A stretch of 64,000 bases of DNA, from assembly GCA_977018835.1 (NCBI GenBank), contig OZ361257.1, positions 992,001 through 1,056,000 on the forward strand, written 5' to 3'. Below, one piece after another: positions 46,520 to 57,143 of the stretch; position 1 is the first letter of the stretch, and each line of letters begins with the position of its first letter. This stretch comes from Minutocellus sp. GHC0000111. Taxonomy: Eukaryota. A model generated the notes under the pieces. It did not search any database and was not told where the DNA came from. It saw only the letters and a list, made by a program, of their open reading frames with translations. The position numbers and the translations under genes were made by a program.

Positions 46520-47197
46520 CTACGTACCGGGCTTTTTTCTGAGAAGCTTATCACTGTATGCCCGATCCAACATCGCCCGAAAGGGCTCATAGTAGCCATT
46601 GACATTGACGCAAACGATTGGCATATCATTGAAGGCCAAGTTCTTTGCACAAACCATCTCCCAAAGCTGATGTACGAAAGCGGCAGATTGACATGGTTCA
46701 ATGAATTCAATTATGATATGAGCAAATGCAGAAGAAAATTAAGATGATGAGTTGCATCGGTCATTATTTTCCCTTACCTCATCGAATGTTCCAGGTCCTC
46801 CGGGTAAAACAACGAGGGCATCGGCGTTCTCCACCAACAGCCTCTTCCTCTCGCGGAGATCATTTCCAGACGCGACCAGTATCGTCCTCTTCCCCCCATG
46901 AAAGGCAGAATGTGCACCTCCCTCCTCTGTTGTCCAATCAGATCCGTCAACGACGAACATCTCGTGTATAACCCCCACAATGTCACCGCCCTCATCACTC
47001 GCACCATCATTCATGGCGGCCATGCAACCAGCGCTACCGGCGCCGTTAACGCAGGTGCGGCCGCGGAGTGCAAGAGCTCGGCCTAGCATCTCGGCTTCGG
47101 CGAGGTACTCCACAGGAGTCGCCGAGGAAGAGGACCCATAACACGTAGTTCTCAGGGGATCATCAGACCGCTTTGAAAGGAACTCGTCCTTGTCCAT
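46520..47197 (-). CDS. LOG-family nucleotide phosphoribohydrolase (intron 46667-46777); 3' end uncertain
   Basis: CYGSSS, VNGAGSAGCMAAM, RERKRLL, LPGGPGTFDE|LWEM, VNVNGYYEPF. Confidence 0.85.
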
Positions 47198-47523
47198 GAT
47201 GCGTATCACTATCACCGGTACGGAAAAGTGCATGGCTCGAGAGCAGCTCGAGAGGCGGCGCGCGGTTGCCGATGCCGAGAAGGCGTTTCGCGGTTTCGTT
47301 TGCGCCACTGCCTTGCCACATCAGATCGAAAGGATAAGGCGAGGTTGCCGATCGATGCCGGGCGCCGGCCATGCAAACGCCAGCCGGACTTGGAATTCCG
47401 ACAGTACCAATGGTACATACATTCGCATCCATATATATATAAAATGTTTTTGAGCCAAGATATCTAGTTAAAAATTCCTGCAGCTACCGGTTCGTATCTC
47501 CCGCAAAATCTTGGAATTCCCAA

Positions 47524-48819
47524 TCAATTGCTACGTGTACATGATGTATGCCACCCAGCTTTGGAAGTGAATTCCATCATCTCACCTGTTTTGGGGTGAG
47601 GGAATGTAAGCCTGTGAGCGTGCAAACAAAGCGTGTGCTTGGCACTCTCCGCTGTTCCATCCCATTCGATGGGATTGTCGCCATAGAGGGTGTCGCCCTC
47701 AATACCACTGCCAATTGCAGCGCAATGAACACGCAGCTGGTGGGTACGTCCAGTGACAGGTTGAAGCTCGAGCACAACAGATGCTGACTCTTCGTCTGTA
47801 CCAACTTGTTCTTCTCTACTTTCTTTGTCCAGCTTCTGTGATTCATATACTGACCATAAAGTCTTGCTTGGCTTGGCTCCATCTTCATTCTCATCCACAA
47901 CCTTCCACTTTAGCCTTTCATCGCTCGGGGCCAGCGGTAGATTGATTTCTCCCGCTTCCTTTTGCGCATCGTGGAAGGGTGGCCAACGCAAACACCTGGC
48001 AAAATAGTACTTCTTGACGCTGTCTCTGTTCCTCCAAGCTTCGCACAATTTGGATGCTGCCTCCTCAGTACGGGCAAACACCAAAAGTCCTGAAGTTTCC
48101 ATGTCAAGTCTGTGCACAACGCGAATCTTGCTGAAAAACTCCTTCGGCATTGCTTTCGGAAGTTGCAGTTGTCCAGCAGTCTTATCTTCGTTGTGTTCTT
48201 GATCAGCGAGAGGCATTGCCTTCCTCAAGTCCTCGTACCCTAATAGCTTCAACTGACCCTCCGCAGACTCTTCGTCCTTGGTTTGCTCGGGTAAATTCAG
48301 AAGCGGCATCTGGCGCTCCTTGATGCGTTCGAATGCCAAGTCGACTATCGCATCGATGTTCTGCGTGTCTGTCCTCCCACCATCGAAAAGACGCTGGCTA
48401 TTGCGATTGGCATACTTGACGAACAACTTCCTCTTCCGAGGTATACCATTCTTGGCGAATGTTGACAACTTCTTGAGGAAGGACCGAACCCGCTGATGTT
48501 CAATGTCAGCCGATGAGGCACAACCGTCTTCGGAAGTTTCATCATCACTCTCCTCTGCGAAGGATTGAATGGCAGCCATCCACGCTTCTTGTGCAGTCTG
48601 CCTATTTGACGGGCTGTTCGTGTCGCCGCCAGCATTACTCGTAGTACCTGCGGTATCGTCTGATGGTCGCTTCCGCTTGCCCAGTGTGGGTGGATTTGCA
48701 TGGCCAGGAACGGAACGCAAGTGGCATGGTTTGTTGATGACGACGACGCTATCGTCTGCGTACAGCACGTCGATGGCAAGATGAGGAGGGATTTTTGAGC
48801 TGCAAGAGGAAGAAGACAT
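47524..48819 (-). CDS. RluA-family RNA pseudouridine synthase
   Basis: VVINKP..LRSVPG, catalytic VHRLDMETSGLLVFA, VTGRTHQLRVH, LCLHAHRLTFPHP. Confidence 0.92.
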   Translation of the reverse strand: MSSSSCSSKIPPHLAIDVLYADDSVVVINKPCHLRSVPGHANPPTLGKRKRPSDDTAGTTSNAGGDTNSPSNRQTAQEAWMAAIQSFAEESDDETSEDGCASSADIEHQRVRSFLKKLSTFAKNGIPRKRKLFVKYANRNSQRLFDGGRTDTQNIDAIVDLAFERIKERQMPLLNLPEQTKDEESAEGQLKLLGYEDLRKAMPLADQEHNEDKTAGQLQLPKAMPKEFFSKIRVVHRLDMETSGLLVFARTEEAASKLCEAWRNRDSVKKYYFARCLRWPPFHDAQKEAGEINLPLAPSDERLKWKVVDENEDGAKPSKTLWSVYESQKLDKESREEQVGTDEESASVVLELQPVTGRTHQLRVHCAAIGSGIEGDTLYGDNPIEWDGTAESAKHTLCLHAHRLTFPHPKTGEMMEFTSKAGWHTSCTRSN

Positions 48820-49043
48820 GCTCGTTGAGTGGCTATCGGTAGGTTTGACAGTAGTACGAGCCTCGTACGGCACACATGTGGGCACTCAGGCGCCGTACAG
48901 CGGCGGTGTCCATGGTCTACAGCCGTTTGGGTGCACTATTTACTTTTTTGCTCAATCGCGAGATGCTGTTTGTAAAAGTTGGATCATGCAGCAAGCAATT
49001 CATTTGTTATTGTGTAGTAGCAGTGTAATTTCATTTTCTAATT

Positions 49044-50651
49044 TTATACATGCCCTGCTCCCATCTCTACATCCTCATCTCCATCGGTGGCCATCATGAT
49101 CATTTGTTGGCGCTTGTCATCAGTTTCTGCTTTAACAGCTTCGGTCCTTGTCCTTTTCCTTGTTCTTGCCACCCGAGAGTTTCGCTCCCGCCTCTCCTCG
49201 ACCTTTGGATTGGATGCCCTCTCCTCAGCGTTGAACTGCGCCGTCTGTTGGGCCTCATATCCCTTGACGCCCTGAGTCCGACGATCTTCCTTAACGCCCT
49301 CTTGGTGGGCTCGCTCTACAAACAATTCGTCGAGCCAACAGATGCCGCCCCCCATCCATTCTTCACTCTGCTAGCAGCCAAATGTGTTGGTCCAAGATGT
49401 GATCTTCGAGTAAGTGCCACTTGGGCGTTGTGCTAATGCCGATTGCCCGTGCTTGCTTGAGGGCACTTGCAATCAATGCTTCAAGCTCTCTCACAGCCTT
49501 CTTTGCCTCTCATCATCCCATTTCATGTGCCATTTCAGAAACCTGGAATGTGTTGCGTCAAGAGTGTGGAGCAAATTAGAGCAAGCTTTGCAGAGCTCTT
49601 TGATGTCGTCATCCGTCATGCCATCTTCCTCGCGATTGTGCTCTAGGAGAGTTCCTTTGGTGGAGGTGTTGTGGTGGATGAACTCTATTGTCCTTGGTTT
49701 CTTCTTGTTGTTGCCATCAGAAACATTAATGGATCAGATGTAAAGCTCTCCAGCAGCATTCTGCCAGCACTGCCCTTATTTTACCCGAGTCGGCCGCCTC
49801 GATGCCGGCCTTTTTCAGGAAATGGAAGTGAGGGGCATCGTCATCCTCGGCATCATCGACAGCTCCCATCTCTGGCTCGCCATCACCGTGCTTCTGACGA
49901 TTCTTCTCAAAGTGCTGCTGCTGCATGCATGCTTCATGTGCAGCGTCCTCTCTTGCAACATCAGCTTCGTCCTCATAACAGGGCACGTAGTCCTCGTCTT
50001 CGTCGTCATCGTCCTCGCTGATCTCGCCGGCCTCCGTCGTGGTCAGGGTGCCCACCGTCCCAACATCGTCGTCATTGCCCCCCACCCATCGTCCTGCCTC
50101 CTGGCCACCACACCCACCAGGGAACTTCTGGGCCTCGAGCAACATCTGCCTGTTGATTTCGTAGTCCATCGCCGCATGTCCCACCGATGCATGTGGTGCG
50201 ACCGACTTGAGGAATGCATTACATGCCTTCGTCAAATTGAGCCGCGGCGGCGGCATTTCGAGGCGAAATTGTTGCTCGACCGTGACCATGTCGAAAGCCA
50301 TCCATCCATCATCATGGAGAGCGTCGGCTGCACGAGGATTGACAGAACCGAGGCGAACAAACATGCTCTTTTTGCATGGGGTTCGCTGAACGTCGTCTGC
50401 AAGGCAGTGTCTTGATGCCATTTCATCCCATCCATTCTGGTTGTCTGTCCTCACAAAAAACACATCGCACAGTCTTCGTGTTTCTTCTTCTTCAAACCCA
50501 AGATGCCCGCAGTGCACATGACGGCGCAGCACATGATGGGACTGCATCCCAACACATTCATCAAGGAGTCGTTGTTGTTGCCGATGAAATTGTAGTAATG
50601 AAGTTCCTTTCTGCTAAGACGGACGAGTAGTTCAGCCAGGGCGTCCTGCAC
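49044..50651 (-). pseudogene. Decayed DNA-transposon transposase (RAG1/Transib/Chapaev-like C-terminal motif)
   Basis: Broken frames containing PKWHLLEDH...GGGICWLDELFVERAHQEG; multiple stops and shifts; TG/CA-rich. Confidence 0.6.
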
Positions 50652-50715
50652 CGCGCAACTCTGTCTGCGGCGTGGTGTTGACCGCGGGATTGCGGCCGTT
50701 GTTTTTTTTGCTCAT

Positions 50716-50794
50716 GGAGAATTATGGATCGAGACCAACGGGAATATCACCAGGATGTCGGGAGTACCTGGTTGGTCTCGTGCCGTAATTCTCC
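50716..50794. repeat. 24-bp imperfect inverted repeat (79-bp unit)
   Basis: GGAGAATTATGGATCGAGACCAAC and GTTGGTCTCGTGCCGTAATTCTCC, 21/24 complementary. Confidence 0.8.
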
Positions 50795-51193
50795 CACACC
50801 AGCGCGAGATATCGCCTTCGTTCTGCACGTAGCGGCGGCAATTTGAATTTTTGCCGCCATGGTGGCTCGCGTTGGGCGCGCCGGTCGGTTGCTTCGCGCG
50901 CCGGCCGGCCACCGAAAGTGCGACCAAAAGTATGCGAGTCATCCGGCTGGCAGATGGTGCTGTGAGGCAGGGACCTGACTGGGTCGAGTCGACGGACAGA
51001 CCACAAAGGCATGAGATTTGAGATTCATTCATTCGCATACTCGTAGTCGTGTTCGTGTTCGCTTCTTGGCTCTTCCATTCCAAAGCTACGTAGATCTACC
51101 TACAGTGTCACCAGGTACCGGTAGATCTAGAGATGTACCCGTACGCACAAACAGATGAAAAGTCTTAAAAAAAGATTATGCTATTTCGAGTTT

Positions 51194-52339
51194 TCAATTT
51201 TCAATCCTTCGCCTTTTAGTCGCGCCACCTTCATCTGACGCAGTCTCATCAACAATATTACCGGTACCCTTGTGACTTCCACTTTCAGCTGAGCATTGCA
51301 GGTTGCCTGTTGCTGCAGCGCTTGCCATCTTGAGCTCCTCGATATAAAGTTTGCCCATTTCATCAAGCTGGAGTTCCCCACCTCTATCCTTACATAGTTT
51401 GAGCAGGGGCAATTGCAGAGCGGCACTCCAACTAAAAGAAAGATTCCAAGGACCAACTTTGTTTTGCTTATTGATCGCTGATAGTCGTGCCGCTGCGTCC
51501 TCCAGGGTTTGTCCTCCACTCAAATAATTGGCAGCTTTCATCGCGACGGGAAACGTCGCCTCGAGAACAGCCACATTGGCCTTTGCAATGTCTTCCACGG
51601 AGTATGAAATTGGGCATTCTCTCCCTGGATTAATAATGTTTGATTTGAGAGTAGCACCAGGCATGTATACCCCGTGATCAGTCATTGCTTTAAACAGTGT
51701 GCTGAGGACCTTTGTGTTGACAGCAACTGCTTCTTCGAGCGTGTGGCTGCCAGATAGCGAAACATCTGGCTCTACTATTGGCAGCAAGCCTTCACTCTGA
51801 CATATTAAAGCATATCTGGCAAGATCAGACATGTTGGATTTGATTGTAAGATCAGTAGGACGCCCGTTGGCAATGTCAATCACCAGAGGTGATCTCCACT
51901 TGGCGAAACGCGCACCAGCAGAATAGTACTCCCTACAGCGGACTGCAAGGGAATCCAGTCCCTGCATAACGGTATCGCCTCCGGTTCCAGGTAACGTATA
52001 AACCTTCAAATGCGGCTTCACGCCCGGCACGATGCCGCGTTGGGACACCTCCTGAGGAAACAGTATTCCGTCGTTAGATTTCTGTAGCAGTGTCTCTGGA
52101 TCGAGAATCGCACCGCAGATATATTCCTCGCTACCCGGAGCAGTGAACAGCATCTGCCGATACAGCCGTCGATTTTCCTCGGTGTTGTCTATTCCCACGG
52201 CCTCGAATCTCTTGCCGATAGTCCCGGCACTCTCATCGCAGGCTGTAATTCCCTTGCCACGAGTCGCCAACAACTTGGCGGTTTCCTCGAGATCGGTCCT
52301 TTGCTTAGCGGTCAGATGGGTGTCGCCGCCGATGATCAT
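51194..52339 (-). CDS. Class I fructose-bisphosphate aldolase, no plastid presequence
   Basis: GKGITACDESAGTIGKRF, NTEENRRLYR, GARFAKWR, PIVEPDV, Schiff-base Lys in ATLKSN, YLSGGQ, PWNLSFSW. Confidence 0.93.
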   Translation of the reverse strand: MIIGGDTHLTAKQRTDLEETAKLLATRGKGITACDESAGTIGKRFEAVGIDNTEENRRLYRQMLFTAPGSEEYICGAILDPETLLQKSNDGILFPQEVSQRGIVPGVKPHLKVYTLPGTGGDTVMQGLDSLAVRCREYYSAGARFAKWRSPLVIDIANGRPTDLTIKSNMSDLARYALICQSEGLLPIVEPDVSLSGSHTLEEAVAVNTKVLSTLFKAMTDHGVYMPGATLKSNIINPGRECPISYSVEDIAKANVAVLEATFPVAMKAANYLSGGQTLEDAAARLSAINKQNKVGPWNLSFSWSAALQLPLLKLCKDRGGELQLDEMGKLYIEELKMASAAATGNLQCSAESGSHKGTGNIVDETASDEGGATKRRRIEN

Positions 52340-52660
52340 GGTTGCAAATGTGGGCGAGTGATGAGCAACACACGATGATGACTGAAGAATGAAGCGATGG
52401 CACTGGATGTTTTTTGAGAGTTGATAAGAAAGCGGCTTGCGGTGGCAAGCAAGTGCCCGCCCTCGGTTGAAGGGCGCGGGGCCGGGGCAGGCAAAAGATA
52501 TATATATCTGAAATCTAAAAGTAGCGCCGAACTGCTACAATGCTCGATTCACAATGTCGATGAAGTAGAATCCCTAAAAGATTTACCTTTCTTCAAGACT
52601 ACAACATGTAGTCACGAAAAATACGCGGCCATTTACATGTATTGTGATGCGATATTTTCT

Positions 52661-53524
52661 TCATTTTGCTCTAACAAAAGGAATGTTGAAAGCATTCAAT
52701 GTGTACGCCACATATGTGTAATAGCCGATGATGCTTGTAATCTCCACCAGTACTGACTCCTTCCCATCAACTGCCTTTAGTGTTGCTTGATATGTTTCTT
52801 CCGATATCGTGCTAGTCTCCAAAAGTTCGGCAGTAAAGCGAGCAATCGCAACATCACGTTCACTTTCTGCCAACAATGGCAAAAGATCCGACTCAACTCT
52901 TTCCAGACTGAATTCTTCGTCTCGGGGTATGGCAGAAATAGTGTCCATCGCCAGACCTGATCTGAGCGCCTCTCCTTGATGGATATCAAACTCGGCATGA
53001 GCCTTGTGCCGTGCTCCCGTGAGCAAGATGATGAGCTCGGATTCTTTCATGCTCAATGTCGTGCCATATCGACAAGCCCTTCCCAACTCTTGGCTTGGTC
53101 TTCCAATCTCTGGAACAGCCAGCCATGGTCCAAATGGGCCAGATATGCCCGTTCGCGGTCGCGTTCGAATGATGTCGTCTCGGATGGCACGCTGCTCATC
53201 AGTCATCTCGTCCAATGGCGGTCCATTGTAGCGGGCAACGAAATCTTCGCTCGTAGTGGGATAATCGGGAATTCCTCCATCAGTAGCATCACCACCACGC
53301 AACGATGTTGTCAACTTTCGCACCGAACCAAAACCATTAGTCCTACCCATGCGAAAAGTTTTAAGATTCGGCAATCGATGAGATTCAAGAATGAGAGGAA
53401 CTGCAGGCAAGGGTAAGATACAATTGCATCGTGCCACTTTCACCAACCCAAAAATAACTTACAAAGCCCTCGAATGGCAACCAGCCGGATTGAAGAGCAC
53501 GATCGAAAGGATCCGAAGGCGCAT
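52661..53524 (-). CDS. Carboxymuconolactone decarboxylase / AhpD-like family protein; probable short first exon (intron about 53401-53462)
   Basis: GISGPFGPWLAVP...ELIILLTGA...AEFDIH...LVEITSIIGYYTYVAYTLNAF; 5' structure uncertain. Confidence 0.8.
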
Positions 53525-53824
53525 CGTGCTGTATGGGCATCAACAATTAGAGTCCATCAAACAAGCCGCCTCTTCAACTGGTGGGCGCCGCTACATGTAC
53601 GAAGACTCGTACCTAGGATGGCTGATAGCCGCCCGCGCGCGCGCCAAAAATGCGGATGACGTATGTTTCTTTCCCTCGTCATGATGATGCATTCGCCTCG
53701 TCACCCACAGGCAGTACCGAAATTATTAGCAGTCAGCAACGAACGGTTTTCTCTCCTCAGCAATAGCTCTTACCAGTAAATCTAGAACAAAGATCTAGCC
53801 AGTAGAGATCTATGCGAACTATAT

Positions 53825-55585
53825 TTACCTCAAATCGACCGGAAGGCCCATCTTCTCCAATCGATCCTCCAGGGCCGTCTTCTGCTTGCCTCCGAATTTC
53901 TCGTCGCCAGGCAAAACTTCACCAAGAGTTGATCCACCTGCGCGTTGCAAATCTTCTGCATCCAGCCCCTTCCGGCGGATCTGCTTCTCCAGGGCGGCGA
54001 TGGTTCGCTTCAGCAGTCGCTTCTCGTTACGTCTATGCCTAATGGCCATCCTCTGCTTGTAATTGAGCAATCGGAACAGCCCCTTGTCCTTGATGATGGT
54101 AGCATCTTCCTCCTCTGTGGTGGGGTACTTGTTCAGCTGTCGCTTGACGGCGTCAACAACCGAGGAAAGAGCAGCAGCCTCGTTGGCAGCAGATATAGTG
54201 CGGCTGTAATCGAAATCTGCAAGAGGTCGGCCCCGAGTATCCTCGGGAGTCATTTGCATCAGCCTCAAGTATTCAATCATTTCTGTCGGATACCGATCAG
54301 CATAGCAGGGGAAGTCAACGATGGTCTTACGTCCAGCACCCTCCACAAAGGCAATCTTTTCTTCGGCAAGAGGGTCGATATCGGCATCAGTTGCATCGCT
54401 GTCCTCCGAGACATCAGCCTTGGTTCGAGGCTTGATCGATACTGTAACGTCCACCGAGTTGAACGGGTTGCGCTCCAGGGCAAATCCATACAGCAACAAA
54501 AGGTCGGCATTGGACTTGGGTCCGTAGGAAATGTAAACCTGCTCCATCTTGCGATATCCTCGATCGGCGTATAGGATGACCTCTTCACCACCCGTCTTGA
54601 AGAGCCAATCTCCCACCTCTCTGGCATCGACGTAGGCACCGGAAAAGGCCGAATGATTGATCAGATCAGCGTACGGAACCATTGCCAAGGTTTCACCCTG
54701 TCTCATGTTGCGCAAACGAATGGCACGGGAAAACAGCATTGTGAATGCCCATACCCAGTTCTCGTGCGTAAAGTGCTCCCGGGGGAAGAGATCGGGATAC
54801 TTGTCACAGAGAGCTCCTTCGCCGCCGAGCAATGCATCGTATTCCCTCTTGAGTTTCATTTGCATGCTCTGCGTGGCGGCAACGACGGGGGACCCCTCCA
54901 GAAAGCTCAGATCCTCGTCACTCCAGGTGAAGGTGGGGTTGACCTCATCGACCTCTGGCAAAACATCAATGTAAGGCTTCCACCGCGACTCTTCTCCCAA
55001 AACATACTTCTCCCTGATGAGCTGACAGGCGATGGCAAGATATTCGTTAATGTCCCTGTCCAGGACCTCCTTTCCAAAGGCCTTCCGGGCCGACTTCTTG
55101 GTGAAGCACAGGTCCATGGGGATTTTCAGCAACTCATCGCCGTCGTTGACCGATCGGCGTGCCAGCAATCCACGGCCGGAGCTTTCGTTGGTCAATTCGT
55201 CGACGGTTTCGGTCGAGATGGCAAGAGGATGCGGTGCCTCACCCCACGACGATTCGTCCGCCAAGTAGATGTCGCCCTCCTCTTCCAACCATTTGATGAG
55301 ATTGGCATTCGCCGAAAGCTTCGGGTTGGCATTCTTGCTCTTGAGCCCTCCCAGTCCCTTCATCTTGGCCTGCATTTCCTTTTCGAACGATCCCGGCGCC
55401 ACGCCCTCCGACTCCTTCAGGGCCTTGGCCCATTCCGATTCTCCGCCTTCTCCACCGGCCATTAGAGTTGTTGATGATGGAACACATGATGTGCCAGATT
55501 GTGACGAGGCCGGGACGAACGCATGAGCTAGGCTAACACTGCCTGCGCTGAGCAGCAATGCGACCAGTGCCTCCTTGGAGAACAT
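53825..55585 (-). CDS. Plastid SET-domain lysine methyltransferase (Rubisco LSMT-like)
   Basis: Signal ending AHA-FVP. GRGLLA, SRAI, MVPYADLINHS, QVYISYG..SNADLLLLYGF, followed by a Rubisco-LSMT substrate-binding-like region. Confidence 0.9.
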   Translation of the reverse strand: MFSKEALVALLLSAGSVSLAHAFVPASSQSGTSCVPSSTTLMAGGEGGESEWAKALKESEGVAPGSFEKEMQAKMKGLGGLKSKNANPKLSANANLIKWLEEEGDIYLADESSWGEAPHPLAISTETVDELTNESSGRGLLARRSVNDGDELLKIPMDLCFTKKSARKAFGKEVLDRDINEYLAIACQLIREKYVLGEESRWKPYIDVLPEVDEVNPTFTWSDEDLSFLEGSPVVAATQSMQMKLKREYDALLGGEGALCDKYPDLFPREHFTHENWVWAFTMLFSRAIRLRNMRQGETLAMVPYADLINHSAFSGAYVDAREVGDWLFKTGGEEVILYADRGYRKMEQVYISYGPKSNADLLLLYGFALERNPFNSVDVTVSIKPRTKADVSEDSDATDADIDPLAEEKIAFVEGAGRKTIVDFPCYADRYPTEMIEYLRLMQMTPEDTRGRPLADFDYSRTISAANEAAALSSVVDAVKRQLNKYPTTEEEDATIIKDKGLFRLLNYKQRMAIRHRRNEKRLLKRTIAALEKQIRRKGLDAEDLQRAGGSTLGEVLPGDEKFGGKQKTALEDRLEKMGLPVDLR

Positions 55586-55791
55586 GGTGGTGGCTGCAGT
55601 TGGGTTGCTATGATGAGCGAGTTGGAATTCCTACTCGTTTGCCGAGCGATACCGACGAACCGCAAATGAACTTCAACTCACAAATAAAACGGGATCACAT
55701 GGAGCATTTCTGTTCCCGCGGCTGAGCGAATGGCAGTCTTGCGCAGAGGTATGGCGCCAATCCAAAGCAGCAAGTAAGAGGGTGCAGCAAG

Positions 55792-57068
55792 ATGCCCCCA
55801 TTCCAGAAGCACTCCCACGATGGCAGCAGCAGCAGCAGTTCCATCATGCGCGATGTCTCTCGGCACGTCCTCATCAATGTTTCCATCGTCGCCATTTTGC
55901 TCCTGTTCACATGCCTGGCGTCCCTCCCGCTGCAATTGCCACTGTCGCCGAGCACATGCTCGATGACTGGTCGTGAATATTATTACTGCAAGTATTCGTT
56001 TGTTCATTCTTCGATCATGTGGTCCCTTGCACAAATGGTCAAATCGGTGGCCACCTCCACATTCGCTGGTGGAGCTCTTTGGGCGGCAGCCGATGAGTGG
56101 GAAGCAAGTGCATGGGAGGGATGGGAACGATTACTTGGAACGTCAAGTACTGAGCAGCCCGACATAGATGTACGAGTATTGGATGTTCCGACAATAGACC
56201 TGCGTTCATGTAACGAGGGAGCGTGCAGTGGTCCTAATAGTAGCAGAAGTAAGCTGACTGTATCCGAGGTCAAGGCGTTGGCTGGTGATGATTTCTTGTC
56301 GAAACCTCTCTTGCTGCGGGGGTTGTGGAACGAAAAAGAGCTTGCCGACCCAAAACGGCGCTTATCCATTAGGGGGATGCAACATCATGCCGAACTAGCC
56401 AACCTATCGGTGCCATTTTATGCCGCCGCAACCAAGTCTGGCTATGCAGCTCTGAAGCCAAATGGACATGCACCATTATCGGAAATAGTTCACAACATCA
56501 CCGAATTGAAGGGGAGTCAAAAGATCGGTAGTCAGTTGGTTGTGGAAACATATCCAACAGTGGGCCATTTGGATTCAACATATTCCCAGCTACAACCACT
56601 GTGCCTGTCTTCTTGGCTGGTTCGCAGGCTTCTAGTAGACCAGATGCAGATGCTACACAAACAAGCCGAACCGATTTACATTGTGAGCCTATTGGGAATG
56701 TTGCTGTGCAGCTACATGGGTCAAAAGTGTGGACTCTGGTCGATCCAAAGCAAAGTACACTGTTGAAGCCTTCGGTATCCCGGCACGGGCGAGCGTTCTA
56801 CTATTCCAATGTGAATCCCCTCGATCCATATGCTCTAGCGCATGTTCCTCACTACAAGGTAATAACGACGGCAGGTGATGGTCTTTGGGTGCCGCCATGG
56901 ATGTGGCATCGCGTGGACTATATTTCCAATGGTGACGAAGCGGAGCCTGCTCTCGCAGAATCTTTGTTTCACTTTCGACCACTGGATTTTGGGGCGAATA
57001 ATCCATTATTCGCTATGCTCATGTTTCCCGACCTTCTGAAGGAACTGTTGGGGAGAAATACAGAGTAG
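55792..57068 (+). CDS. JmjC/cupin-like Fe(II)/2-oxoglutarate dioxygenase with hydrophobic N-terminus; frameshift near 56558
   Basis: KPLLLRGLW in ORF1. TDLHCEPIGNVAVQLHGSKVWTLV...GDGLWVPPWMWHRVDY in ORF2 (H-x-E...H triad). Confidence 0.8.
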
Positions 57069-57143
57069 ATCTAGCTAGTCCAAAAAATTAAAAAGGGATG
57101 GTTTTATAAGCAACCTAACAATAACACGTACATTACATGTGCA

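Noticed and set aside
51194..55585. Functional cluster of aldolase and LSMT-like methyltransferase (plant LSMT methylates plastid aldolase)
   Set aside because: This aldolase has no plastid presequence while the SET protein does; proximity is likely chance
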